Source of the DNA: Tubulanus polymorphus
Taxonomy: Eukaryota; Animalia; Nemertea
Reading direction: 5' to 3'
DNA length: 64,000 nt
Assembly (NCBI RefSeq): GCF_964204645.1
Contig: NC_134027.1
Coordinates: 26,870,560-26,934,559, forward strand
Part shown: one piece after another, positions 1 to 12,045 of the stretch
Layout: every line of letters begins with the position of its first letter
Numbering within the stretch: position 1 is the stretch's first letter
The notes under the pieces: generated by a model
Database searches by the model: none
What the model was told of the DNA's origin: nothing
Seen by the model: the letters and a program-made list of their open reading frames with translations, nothing else
Program-made: the position numbers and the translations under genes

Positions 1-2
1 GT

Positions 3-1257
3 ACCCTAATGATGACAACTACAACTTCTACAACTACGACAAATGCACCACCTCCGAAAGGCTCGAACCCGAAGGAATATTTTACTTTCATAATAATAGC
101 AGTATTGATAGTGATTATATCAGTAACAGCAGCTTTAGCTTATTGTAAAGCCCGTTCTAGGAGACGCAGACATGAAACATCAGGGGGTCCTCGAAACTCA
201 CAAATACGAACTGTTTCTGGTATTATGGGTGTAGGTTAGTATTCCTCTAGTCTAATTATTATCAAGCCTTTGTTCTCCAAACATAAGGAACCACATGGGG
301 AACCCGTAACAACGACTGGTATTCAGATTAAGTATTCCACAATCTCATACAACTCAAATCCTAATTCCTGGTCAATCAGAGTGAATTGGACAGGGTTTGA
401 TTTTGGCAGTATCTGGCCGGTATCCTACTAGGCCTAATTGAAATAAAACTATCCCGACAGGATACAAGAAGTGTCTGATTTCGCCTGTGTTTTCGCGATA
501 AGAAACTTAAAGTCAAAGGGAAACTGCCACAATTTGACGCAGCAGGATACTGACTCTCTCGATCCAGAGAGGGTTCTCATACCGGGCACGTAATAATCAG
601 CTCCATGGCAAACAGAGTCTACTGTACAATCATTTATTGAAAATCTCGGTGCTTTTGTTGTTGATGTTTGAGAAAACGTTTTGATATTTCAGATGTGAAT
701 CAGTTTAATAGAATCCCAGTAGAAAACCGTCCAACAGCAGAAATATCAAACATTCATCCGGCCACATCTTCATCTGATATCTACACAGACAATCCGCCTT
801 CATACGATGATGTTATCAAAGATTATTATTCCGTAGGAGTTTTAAATCCTGTAAGCTTCAACAACAATGAAAACTGATGATTTTTGAATTAACTTTGAAT
901 GCGATTGAAATAATGAGTAAACTTGATTTTGTCTCTTTTTAATTTTTTTAGGCATTTACAGCATCACAGTTATCATTAAACGCACCAGTAGGATTCAATC
1001 CCGCACCTGTAGGCTTATATCCAGCATCTGTAGGTTTACACGCTGCACCTGTACTCGCATCCGTCGGAGACCTACCTTCACCTCCGGCTTATTCGGAAGT
1101 CGATGAAAATCGTTTTTCATCTAATAATACAATTCATAATACTGATAGACAGGGTACACAGGATTCACCGGAGGATACCACTAATAGCGGTACAGCTCCG
1201 CGGACTACACAGGATACCGCTAATAATGGTGTAGCTCCACGGACTACACAAGTATAG
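3..1257 (+). CDS. 3' part of a single-pass transmembrane protein with cytoplasmic PPxY motifs (WBP1/VOPP1/Shisa-like architecture), truncated by the window start
   Basis: Exons 3-234, 693-850 and 952-1257 join in phase (1, then 0) with GT-AG sites. The product has a Thr-rich stalk, a hydrophobic segment YFTFIIIAVLIVIISVTAALAYC, a basic stop-transfer RSRRRR, then NPPSY and SPPAY. The stop is TAG at 1255-1257. Confidence 0.7.
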
Positions 1258-2624
1258 GAAACATATGAAGTAACAATGTCTCAATATAATTGGCATAGAA
1301 GGCAACGAGGTTACGATTACTTAAATAAGTACATTCCATATTTCATTATGTTTTAGTCATATTTAGTGTTATAATTTGTGTTGTATGCTTAATGTTTGTA
1401 TTTTATACGGTGTTGATATTACTGATATGGATATTAATGCTTTGAAATTGATCTTACTCTTATTCTTACTTTGTTTTAGATATTCAACTATCTCTTATCG
1501 AGGATAAATATTCATGATTTGTTGTATTAATTATGAAGTATCATGACTAGTTTTATTAATTGAATCTTTAAGATTATTGTTGAACATTTCTTCCCCTAAC
1601 CTTCTGGCTGCTTTCTGCAATATTGATGAAAGGCATTTTTCAATGAACCTAAGGTTTGTTCAATATATGTTGCCTTTTTAATATGTCTTTGTTCGATCAT
1701 GTTTGATATACTGCCAGATTAAGATAACCAGTGTCCAGTATTCGCTTAAAAACCTTTGTTTCTTATTTCTGCTGAGCTTTAAAGTTGACCCAGTGGGGTG
1801 CGCTATCTACCCTGTACGTATTACTTAAGAAAAAAATAATGATCAAGCTAATCATAACAGACCCGCTGCTATGGAAATGAACGGATTAGCAATAAATTGC
1901 GATAAGAAGCAACACCCGGCCATTAATGACCCGGTTTGTTAATGACCCGTCCGATTAGGAGAAACGCAGTATGATTTTTAGCCTGAGACTGACTTGTTGT
2001 AACAGGAGTTATTGTAATTGTAATAAATTATATTTATGTATAGATGTTCATATTTTCACACTTCCAAAGAAAATGGTCTCGGATTTTGAATATAAATATA
2101 GCACTTTTATCATTGTTATATTCAATTTTAAAAGATGAACTTTTCATTTATGAATAAACTTAGTATTCTGAAATATCAGTTGTAAACAAACTTGTGTTTT
2201 TAAGTCTTTGTTTTTCTCCTTTTTGTACGTAGTTGTAAATAGGATTATTTTTCTTCCACCTAATGTGTACAATGGAAATGGTTGGAGATCAAGCTAGGAT
2301 ATGGATCATCTAACTCAAAATTCCAAGATTGCAGCGTTAATTTTCATAATCCTAATTCATTAATTGATAGTTGTTAACTGAATTTCCACCAGAAGGAGAG
2401 AAACTTGAAAAAGAAGCGACCGTCAGACAAATTTCCTGTGAGCTGAATGTGAGCCGGGCGGTGCGGGCCCGCATCTCTGTTGTTCACTACATCCTAATCC
2501 GTGTTTTAGTACCGTGTTTTAGGGTATTTCTTTCTAACTCGCGCGATTGTTTCTGACTGTGGAGAATTCAAAATATTCAATTCAATTAATTTAAATTGAG
2601 TAAGTGAGGCTTCCTTTTTTAACG

Positions 2625-5600
2625 ATGAAAATGTGGCAAAGAAAAATGTCGGAAGACGGTTCCACGAAGGCAAAGCCAAGGATTGAAAGACTTGTAATAT
2701 TTCTGTATATATTGATGTCAATGATTTACGAAAGTGAGCTGACAATTAGCGATTATCATCAAAACAATGTCAATGATTTCGGTATCGCTGATGGAAAGAG
2801 ATCGTACGAAGCGGCTTTAACCGATTCCAAATTACCTAAATTCGGCACTTGTTGGAAAAATGCGTTAGCGAAACTAAATTCTTATTGCAAAAAACTGACA
2901 GATGATAAACAGCATCGATTAGCTCTGTATTTTACAAACTGTTTTTTGAAGAAAATCGGTAGCGCTGATTATTCCGACTGCGAAAATGACAACGATTTTT
3001 CTGCTTGTACGTCGAAAATGAAAGATTCAGACCGCGGAATTTACAGTAATTTCTTCACGCATGCTCAGAATATGTGCCGATTTTTACAGATGAGCGTCTG
3101 GCACGAGTTGACCGAGCGCACCATCTCGAATCTGGCTCAGTCGTCAGAATCGGTCGCCGAACAGCTCTCCGAGAGTGCTCGCGTTCAAGACGAAATCATC
3201 GAAAAACAACGCGAATCGTTAAAAAACCAACACGGAATAATCACGAGCGGCGAGCGTTTAAACGAAGCGATCAGATCCTCATCGGATAACGTGCATCAGA
3301 TGTTCGAGGATTATAAACGAACGACAGCTGAACAGCGATTAATGATCAGCGAAGTATTTGATCGCGTTAGTTCGTTACAATCGATCGTTTTAGGAGAATT
3401 TACCGGGTTTTACTCGTTGATATTCTACGCTACTTCCATACTGATCAGTTATATACTAACGTCGACTCCGCGGACCTCAGCTGCCAGATTCGGAATGTTT
3501 CTCGTTATGACCGGTGATATTATATTTGAAAGATTCATCGTTTCTTATTCGTCGCATTCTGCTGATATCAATGACGTTAATGTAAGTTTTTAATCTTTTT
3601 CTTTTACAATAATCTTATCGAGTAAAACAAGAATAACTTTGGTTTCCATCGTCAAGTGACTCTTTATGAGTCAAGTCAAGACAAAAGGCATAATATTGAA
3701 GAATCCTAGAAGAGGACTGTACTGTTTTTGCTTCTATGGATTTTGAATCCTAGAAGAGAAGTGATGTTTCAACTTGCCTGAATCTAAATCGATTGAGTCT
3801 TTCTCCACTGCATATGATTGTTTTCTAGGAAGAGTTGTATCGTAGATTGTGGTTGTGTCGTAAACTGTTTTGGTTGTTCGGATTGAGCGTATTATGCCAC
3901 GCAGCTTATAATTACACAGATATCAATGTGGCTAATAATCAACTATTGATGGAGATCAAGAAAGAAATTTCCGTAGTGAAAAGTAAGTATAGTTTAGCAC
4001 GACATGAGCTGATGCTAACAGAACCGGTATTTTTTAGTTGTGTTAGTTGTTTTTAGGTCGAGTGAGTTTAGATGTTGTGACTGATGGTACTTTACCGATT
4101 AAACCTGCTTCAATTGGTAATAGACCGAATGCTATAATGCCGCCAGTAGAAAATTGTCGAAACATGAGTGTTTGTGCTCCGGATTATCGTAAGTTTACGT
4201 AATTCTATTACTCTTCATAATCAGGGTTCTTACAAACAAGGAATTCTGGCTCTTTACTTAAAATTTAGGGAATTTGAACATTAGGTGTCTTGTTGTTCTT
4301 GCTGGTGATGAGTGGCACAAACAACCTTTTTAGAAGAAACAACCCCCACTGAGGATACCTTATAATATGATCAGGGAATTTTTTGTCAAGGGTCAGGGAA
4401 ATATCAGGGCCTTTTTGATTCCCCGATCTGTAAGAATCCTGTCAGTCTGTTCACTGTTTAACGATGTTTAATTTCAGATGACTCGTCGAGTAGTGATGAT
4501 GAGGAATCTGATTTAGACGTCACGTATAAACTGTTCTCAGTCAGTGATGATGAATACAGTGATAATGAGAGTATTTGTAGCAATGGAACAGGTAATATTT
4601 ATTTCACAACAGATACCGCACTCAGACTGCAGCTAGATAAGGCTCAAAGATGATATCTTGTTTCTCATAATCAGCCATGTTCTTTACAGTCATGTGAACT
4701 GCAATAAAATTTGTGATCAGTTCACTTCAATAGCTGCCTCTATAGGGTCTGTTATTGTAAGCTTGATCATGATTTTAAAAAAAATATAGGCGACTGGCCG
4801 GGTCAACTTTTAAGCTCAGCAAAAATGAAAAACAAGGTATCAATTTTTTCAGCCTAAAATACTTTTAAGGCTTAATTCAACTAGATTGAGATCATCATCT
4901 TCATTAAATTGGGACGTAAGTCTGACTATAAATCGGGTATGTTTTTCATTGGTTTAGATTTCTCCAGTCATTCTATGTTACTAGAAGAATTGTGCGACCT
5001 CAGGGAATCGACACCTATCCGACAACTTGAAAGAGGTATTAGAATTATATACAGATTAATTAGAACTAACTTTGGAATGATTCATTTCAATTGTTTATTT
5101 GATTTGATATTTCAGAGAAGAAACGTCAAAGTAGACAGTTTTGGGTAAGATTTTGTATTCAATTCCTTACAAATATACTCACAATGCAGCACGCATTATA
5201 TAGATAGCCGATTCTTTTACCAAGTGTAACGCACTTCCTGATGGCATTGGCAACGTGCGTGCGTGGGGCTAGAAACTCAAGAAACCTAACTGAGGACCGA
5301 ACTCAAATTACAACGAACTCTAGAAATAAAATACAATATATGATGTTTATTAAGACGTGATAATTGATTATATAGCAATGAAATATATGATAGCCAATTA
5401 TTTTACTAAAGGATAGAATCATTTGAAACCAGTTTGTAAGGTACAGGGCTAATAAACAATGCTGATTTGATTTCATAATTATTTTATTTTCAGTCCGATG
5501 AATCATCGAGTCATCAGTATAACCTGCGTCGTAGAAGTAACGATAAACCGAATCCGTTGATTTTCTCAGAAACGCCGCGTCGTTTCGCCAAAACGATTAA

Positions 5601-5694
5601 ATCACTTACAAAACACGCAATTAGAAACCGGTTTGAAATGACCAATAATACATCGTATACTATTGAAAAAACATTCTTATCTATGAAGGAGTAG
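2625..5694 (+). CDS. GEX1/Kar5/Brambleberry-family nuclear envelope fusion protein
   Basis: Exons 2625-3581, 3829-3982, 4057-4188, 4478-4591, 4958-5035, 5116-5144 and 5494-5694 are phase-consistent. The protein has an N-terminal hydrophobic segment, a Cys-rich domain (CWKNALAKLNSYCKKL..RLALYFTNCF..C..C..YSNFFTHAQNMCRFLQ), a coiled coil, three hydrophobic segments, and an acidic/basic tail with YNLRRR. The start could instead be ATG 2631 or 2646. Confidence 0.8.
4222..4441. mobile_element. MITE with CAGGGTTCTTAC/GTAAGAATCCTG termini
   Basis: Imperfect TIRs. Internal segments (GGTGTCTTGTTGTT..GAGTGGCACAA..ACTGAGGATA) recur at ~49998-50395. Confidence 0.55.
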
Positions 5695-6701
5695 ACATCC
5701 ATCGACATTGTGCATTTATAACTAAATTTTACCTATTTTGCTACCGACAAATTTTAGTGATTTATTTTCGTCAATTGAATGACAATAATATTTATATAGT
5801 AGTTTATATAGTATTTAATAGAATAAACCGTATTATTTTATTTATTTGTTTCTGTATCTCTAGAAAGGAATGTGAAATTGTATCACGGAATGTTTTTATT
5901 GTCAACTAAAGCAGCTTTTAAACAATCTGATGCTCACATTAACAATAAAAGAACGTCTCGACTCTAGGATATTGCGGGTTCCAGTATCACATGAAGGTTC
6001 AACGAGCGGTTTGTACGTCTCGAGTGAAAGTTCACCGGGCAGGGTTAAATCCTCAGCATGGGTCCAGTTTCATAGACTGGGTATCGACCTGACCCCTACA
6101 GGTAAATCCTCAATCCGGGCCCGGTTTTATGCACCGGGTATCCAAGTTACCCTTAAGGGTATATCCTCAATGCGAGTGACACCGACATAGCAACAATAAG
6201 AAACCATGGTAATCACTGAGAAATTCAGCGATTATGTGGGTAGCATGTCAGGTGTGTGGTAGGTCCTGCCAGTAATTCTAATACTAAAACTCGACTAAAT
6301 GTGAATGTGTTATGAAGACTCCATTGATTTTTTTATTCTGGCTGGTAATACATACATGTAGAACAGATTGATTACAATATAACTATAGATAAACACGATG
6401 GACCAACTGACAGTCCGTCTGTCTGTCCGTCTGTCTGTCTGTCTCTCCATCAGGTTCCGGTAACTATTCAAAACAATGTTACTCTGTAAAATATGCACCA
6501 TTAAAAATGTTATTTATTGGACGGCAACAACTAAAAATATCATCGACGACGACGACAAACCGACATCAGAGAGAATGAAAATCAATTTCAGTTCCATCCG
6601 TTATTTCCATGTATTTTATATAAGAACCGTGTTAAAATAATCAGTGCACTCCGCGTAGAAGAGTTCTCAATCTTACATCGAGTTTAATTCTGATTCGTAT
6701 T

Positions 6702-9700
6702 TTATGACGGTGCGGATACCAGACCAGCTGGACCCTGACCGAGTACTTGTCCTCCGACTGTACTCTCCAGCGGTTTAAAACCGAGTTCCTCAGTCGGTAC
6801 TCCGAACTGGTTTAACTTCGCTTCGTACGTTCTCATCAGATCGTTATGCGCTTTACAAACTCTCGCCAGTTCGTATTGTAAATCTTTAATCGCGCTATTC
6901 TTCGAGTCCAATACATCCTGAAATACGAGATACGTTTATTAGCATTTCTTTCTTACCACAATTTATCAGGATTTTCAAGAATTTTGAGGAATTGTCATCC
7001 ACTTTCACATCCCAATTACTGTAGACTCCTAAATCGGAACTGTTTATCTCGGTGAAATATTAATTTGTTGGTTTGTCAGGAAGTTTTTATCCTTTACATT
7101 AACTAAACTCGTGTTTGTTCTAACTTGGCAACCACCTGACAGGGTAAAAACAAATTCAAACTGCACCCACCGATTTAGGCGTAGTCTCCTGTGCAACTAC
7201 AAACTAGGAGTTTGAAGGAGTGTTAGGCACCTTCAAAAGCATTTTCCGTTTAAAAGCAGGTTTTTAAGGAATCAAGAAGTCATAGGGACCCTGTTCAACC
7301 AATTATTGAATTAATCATCCATCTCTGGGACTTGTCAATGACTAACCTCAAGCTTTCTAGTTACAACAGTCAATGCTGTTGGATCTAAGTTTGAAGCTGA
7401 AAGCACTTCGTTGAGTTGAGCCTCTTTCTTTTCTAATGTATCCGCCAACGCGTTCAATTTCTTCTCGAGTAATAGATTTTTGAAGTTTGATTTCTGTTGC
7501 ACTTCGTGAATTGCTTTCACGTATTTTCGATATAATTCATCTCGTTCTAATTGTGTCTGAAATTCATACAACATTCACCGATCAATGATAGGTCCATCTC
7601 AAAAGTTGGATATGACTTATATTTCATCGAGAGTTGACCAGATGCTGAGAATCTGGAGACATACCTTTTCAAATCTTTGTTCTAATACTTCGTGCTCCCA
7701 CTGTAGAGCTCGAGTATCTTCATCCATTACCTTTAACCTAGCCTTCGCACTCTAAAATATACACACACAATATTTGATCAGTTCATTTCTGTTCAGGCCT
7801 GATCCTGATAAAAACGGGTCTACCGGGCCAGTTTTTCAAGACCAGGATTCAAGGTAATTCAATTGGTTGCCAATTGAGTTAACCCCAGAGTTAATACTTG
7901 TCTATAAAACTATCTCGAACATGTATTTAAACTTACGGCTAATGATTGTTTATCTTTATCGTAATTCGCTAATTGTTTCCTCAATTCATCGACTTCGTCT
8001 CGAGCTTTCTGTAACGGTTCCGTCAGACGTCTATTCTCAGCTCTTACTTCATTCATTTCTTTCTCCATTCGCTCTTCTTTCTTCTTCATTTCTTCGACTT
8101 GTTCCTAAAAATACCAGTTTCATATGAAATAAACCTTTTAATTCTGACTAATCAATTCCCAAAAGTGCTGGAGACAATTTGAAAATTTCCAAAAATTCCA
8201 CCCCAATGTATTGCATAATGGACACACCCACTTAAGTGTGTCTACACCGCAATGCAGTGTACTAGCAATGTTCATCAACGATTAGTATTGCTGAGAAAAT
8301 CCATCCTAGTGTGTGTCAGGGGCATATACTGCTTAAGTGCCTCTACATTGCTGTGGTATATTGCTTGTTACTAGTATTTCACTGAAAGGTGCTGCCATCT
8401 TTCATTAGAGATAATGACAATTGATGCACCGCGATGCAGTGTACTAGCCAATTTCATCACCGATTTATACACTGCACTGCGGTGTAGACACATTGAAAGG
8501 GTTAAACGATGAAATAGAATGGCTGCAGGCTGTGATTATCTAACCTTCAGTGTATTGATAAGAGCGAGGTTATTCAGCGTGATATCGTTGTAGTAATTTT
8601 TGATATCGCTGAACGCTTTCTCGTGGTTTTTCATCAGCGTATTAATCTGTCCGTTCTTTCTTTCTTCGATCTCGTGAATCTCCGTTTTACGTCTCAACTC
8701 TAACTCGTCTCGAAGAGCTCTCATTTTTTTCTCGTATTTCGTTTCGATCTCGTGAGCTCGGCGTTCGTATTCTTGTCGTAATTCTGTTATGAATTCGTCG
8801 TGTTCCTACAAATAATTCATAAACGTTGATGATAATGAGAGTGTGTGCAGCTTCTGGGTCTAAACTGAAAGGGGGCAGTGGCTGAGTTCAGGGCAGTGGC
8901 TGAGATCAGGGCAGTGGCTGAGTTCAGGGCAGTGGCTGAGTTCAGGGCAGTGGTTGAGTCTGGTTAAATGGTTGCATTATCAATCTAGGGTTCTAATCCT
9001 GGAAGCAGCAGACTTTCTTGGGTAAAAGTTCTTCTCTGTCTCTTCTGCACCATTTGAAGACATCACAGATTTAACAAATAAACCTTAAACCTGCTAATAA
9101 TACCCTGATTTGGAAGTTCAGTTAAAATCAGTGTGTTTAAACTCTTTTAGAGTCAAACACTCACAGACAACTGTGGAACTGGACCCCGAGTGGTGCTCAT
9201 TGGGTTGAATCTAAAGTATCAAATACCTTCTTAATATTTTTAATGATATTCTCATTATTCAGCTCTTGTTCTTTATAATCCACTTTCAACGTTCGTTTAT
9301 CTTTACGTAACTCGAGTTCGTCACTTCTGTGTTCATCCTGCGCTAGTTTCAAGGCGACCGTACTTTCAGCTTTCAGTTCAGATATATTGTTCTGATGTTC
9401 GTACAGTAAATGCTTGACTTTTTGTTTGTAAACCTAGAAAAAAACTCCTCTGTCAAACAAAAAGTTCCCGGTACAAGAAGTCAATGAAGAAAGTAGAGAA
9501 GTTACCTTTATTTCGATTTGATGTCTTTCCTCTGCGTCTTCCATTTCGCGATCTTTATTTCTAAGTTCGGCTTTCTTCTCTTCTAGTTGTCGTTTCGTGA
9601 TCTCCCAGAAAGTGTTCACTTTATCGCGTTCCAACTGAAAGTAATTTCTTTCCTCTCGCTCGCGATCTAATTCTTCTCTCAGCCGTACGATGTGTTCCTC

Positions 9701-10256
9701 CAACTGAAAATCAATCAACACACAAAGTTTAGACATAACTCCAGGCTGATTGCCCGCCTGCCTGTTGGGCATTTGGCTTATAAGACATAACTCCAGAGGC
9801 CGGTTGCATAGTCATGGCTTAGACTTAAGACCAGTCTAAGACCAATTTAGTTCTATAGTCGGTCGAACAACCTTAGACCAGTCTTATGATTTAAGACCAC
9901 TTTTGGACTTAAGTCACAACTGTGCAACTGACCCCAGGCTGATTGCCCGCCCGTTCTGGGCCCTTATGATTTATATTTTACCTGCTCTTTCGACATTTCC
10001 TCTGTCGAGACGCCATCAATAACAGTTGGGGTTTTAGCCTTCGCGGACTTCTTTCCCTTCTTTTTTCCTTTCTTCCCACTTTTCTTTTTTGGTGGCTGAA
10101 TAAAAAACAATTGATTTTGTTCAAGAATTTCAATTAATTTAAATTCGTTTATCAAATTCTCTTTTTTGTGCCTAAATTTTAAAGCTTTATCAATTAAACG
10201 ATGAAATGAGAAGTGAAAACAATTAAACTGCATTAAAACAGATAAAGAATTACCAT
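6702..10256 (-). CDS. GAS8: Dynein regulatory complex subunit 4 (growth arrest-specific 8)
   Basis: Exons 10256-10254 (ATG only), 10095-9982, 9703-9506, 9433-9227, 8805-8545, 8104-7937, 7751-7665, 7556-7347 and 6917-6702. Diagnostic peptides: [83 protein letters not shown] and GQGPAGLVS. Confidence 0.97.
8134..8501 (-). mobile_element. piggyBac-like MITE (degenerate, reverse orientation) in a GAS8 intron
   Basis: Ends in CATTGAAAGGG followed by TTAA. The internal sequence is the reverse complement of 45041-45328, with an extra internal segment. Confidence 0.7.
8873..9010 (+). repeat. Five tandem 18-bp units (GGGCAGTGGCTGAGTTCA) leading into a tRNA-derived SINE-like head
   Basis: Units start at 8873, 8891, 8909, 8927 and 8945. 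They are followed by A-box-like GTGGTTGAGTCTGGTTAA and B-box-like GGTTCTAATCC (8989-8999). Confidence 0.6.
9797..9934. mobile_element. PIF/Harbinger-like MITE with CAG target-site duplication
   Basis: TIRs GGCCGGTTGCATAGTCATGGCTTA / TAAGTCACAACTGTGCAACTGACC, with CAG on both sides. An uninterrupted copy of the target sequence lies at 9731-9758. Confidence 0.85.
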
Positions 10257-10327
10257 TTTGAACAGCTAAGAAACTCGCAAACAGCCTTCAATAAGTATTT
10301 TGATCGGTTCAATGTAGGTATCTACTG

Positions 10328-10359
10328 GTTGCTAATGGACACAAATATTCCGTGGTAAC
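10328..10359. promoter_or_regulatory. Two candidate RFX X-box motifs upstream of GAS8
   Basis: GTTGCTAATGGACAC (10328-10342) and TATTCCGTGGTAAC (10346-10359) are imperfect matches to the GTTNCC-AT-GGNAAC consensus. They lie 70-100 bp upstream of the ATG of a motile-cilia gene. Confidence 0.5.
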
Positions 10360-10451
10360 ACTAAATCCAGTATACGGACAATCACTACATCCCGTAAATG
10401 GATTAACACTAAATCTCGTTAATGGACTTACAATAAATTCAGTATACAGAC
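10356..10451. repeat. Degenerate 24-bp tandem repeat, four copies
   Basis: TAACACTAAATCCAGTATACGGAC-like units. Confidence 0.6.
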
Positions 10452-10540
10452 TGAAAACTGGAATTGCCGGTGGTGGCCGATTTCATACTAATAGGAAAAA
10501 ATCATTATTGACTAATTACAGCTTTCAAGTCTCAGTCTCA

Positions 10541-10636
10541 GCTTCACCCAGTCCTGTTATATGTAGTGTGGCTGTCTCCACAGTGATCTCCGTCGCTCTA
10601 CGATCAGTGCAACCACCTGTGGTGTACATCAGACAC
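10541..10636. repeat. Dispersed repeat with an inverted copy at ~37329-37416
   Basis: GCTTCACCCAGTCCTG..TAGTGTGGCTGTCTCCACAGTGATCT..TACATCAGACA matches the reverse complement of the 37.3-37.4 kb segment. Confidence 0.7.
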
Positions 10637-11571
10637 TAACGGGTTTGGCAGTGAAAGTTTACTAAGTCAGCGCGCTATTCCATCAGCAGTTCGTTAGATT
10701 CCACTTTGAATGAACAAAACAAAAACAAATCTATAGTTTTATCCTAAAACTAACTTAAGTGGGCCTGCCTGTCTGTCAGTTAATCCTAGTTTCTATGAGA
10801 ATGCATCAAATCTGAATATTTCCAACTTGAGTGCAATATGTATTTGAAGATTCCTCCTTTCTCCTCTTTCCCCCTCTTTATTCTCTCATTGTGACTCCTT
10901 TAACCTCTCATCCTTTGCTTTCATATTTTACAAATGAACTCAAATCAATAACTTTTTCTGCTGTAAATTTCGATATTTTATTAAAAACTTTCGTCACATT
11001 TAAATCATCTCTATTTACAATGGACTAAAAACCTGAAGAAATATTTATCAACACAACATGACAAAAAGACCTGCATTATGATAGTAACGTTACTGATGTT
11101 GTTGCTTATAGTGGCACAAGTGGATTCCAGACAATATTTACTGATTAGATAGTGTGAGCATTTAAAGCATAGAAATCCTGTGACATCAAACACTGACCCC
11201 AGTTTTAACCATCCAATATACAATAGACTCAGATATCGGGTGGGGAGGAATTCTGACAACATTGACCCAATCAAGCCTTAAAATATTTAATAGATTATTT
11301 ATGATGATCCTGAACACCACTTCTTACAAAACACCACACAATGCAGTAAAATTGATCAGTTGTTGAACTGTTTATTGATAATCGGTTTAATAATGCCATA
11401 CACATTATTACCTAATATACATATACATAGTTTTCATATAAAAAGAGACATTTTTAATGACTAGTTGATATACAAGTACCACAGGTAAAACACCTTCAAC
11501 GATGAACGATAATTCTGATTCCAATGAAAGCGACGCGGATGTGAAGGCTGACTTTTGTGTGACAGCGTTAC

Positions 11572-11953
11572 ATGGACTTCATAGAGTCCGTGTTGTAACT
11601 GATATCCCTCAGTGTCACGTTCGCTGATGGACTTCATAGAGTCCGTGTTGTAACTGATATCCCTCAGTGTCACGTTCAATGATGGACTTCATTGAGTCCG
11701 TGTTGTAACTGGTATCCCTCAGTGTCACGTTCGCTGATGGACTTCATAGACTCCATGTTGTAACTGATATCCCTCAGTGTCACGTTCAATGATGGACTTC
11801 ATTGAGTCCATGTTGTAACTGATATCCCTCAGTGTCACGTTCAATGATGGACTTCATTGAGTCCATGTTGTAACTGATATCCCTTAGTGTCACGTTCAAT
11901 GATGGACTTCATTGAGTCCATGTTTTAACTGGTATCCCTCAGTGTCACGTTCG
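11572..11953. repeat. 55-bp minisatellite (~7 units) in the probable DOK 3' UTR
   Basis: Unit ATGGACTTCATTGAGTCCATGTTGTAACTGATATCCCTCAGTGTCACGTTCAATG, starting at 11572, 11627, 11682, 11737, 11792, 11847 and 11902. Confidence 0.95.
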
Positions 11954-12045
11954 CCGAACTGATGCACAGTGATTCACATTCCCTGTTGAGATCGCAACAA
12001 GCTACGCATTGTTTTTATAACATTGTTTGGTTTTTATACGCTGTG

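Noticed and set aside
11572-11953. Hammerhead, SECIS or CRISPR interpretation of the 55-bp repeat (CTGATGG + hairpin)
   Set aside because: The core is CTGATGG rather than CTGANGA, no GAAA follows the stem, there are no unique spacers, and there is no SECIS quartet geometry.
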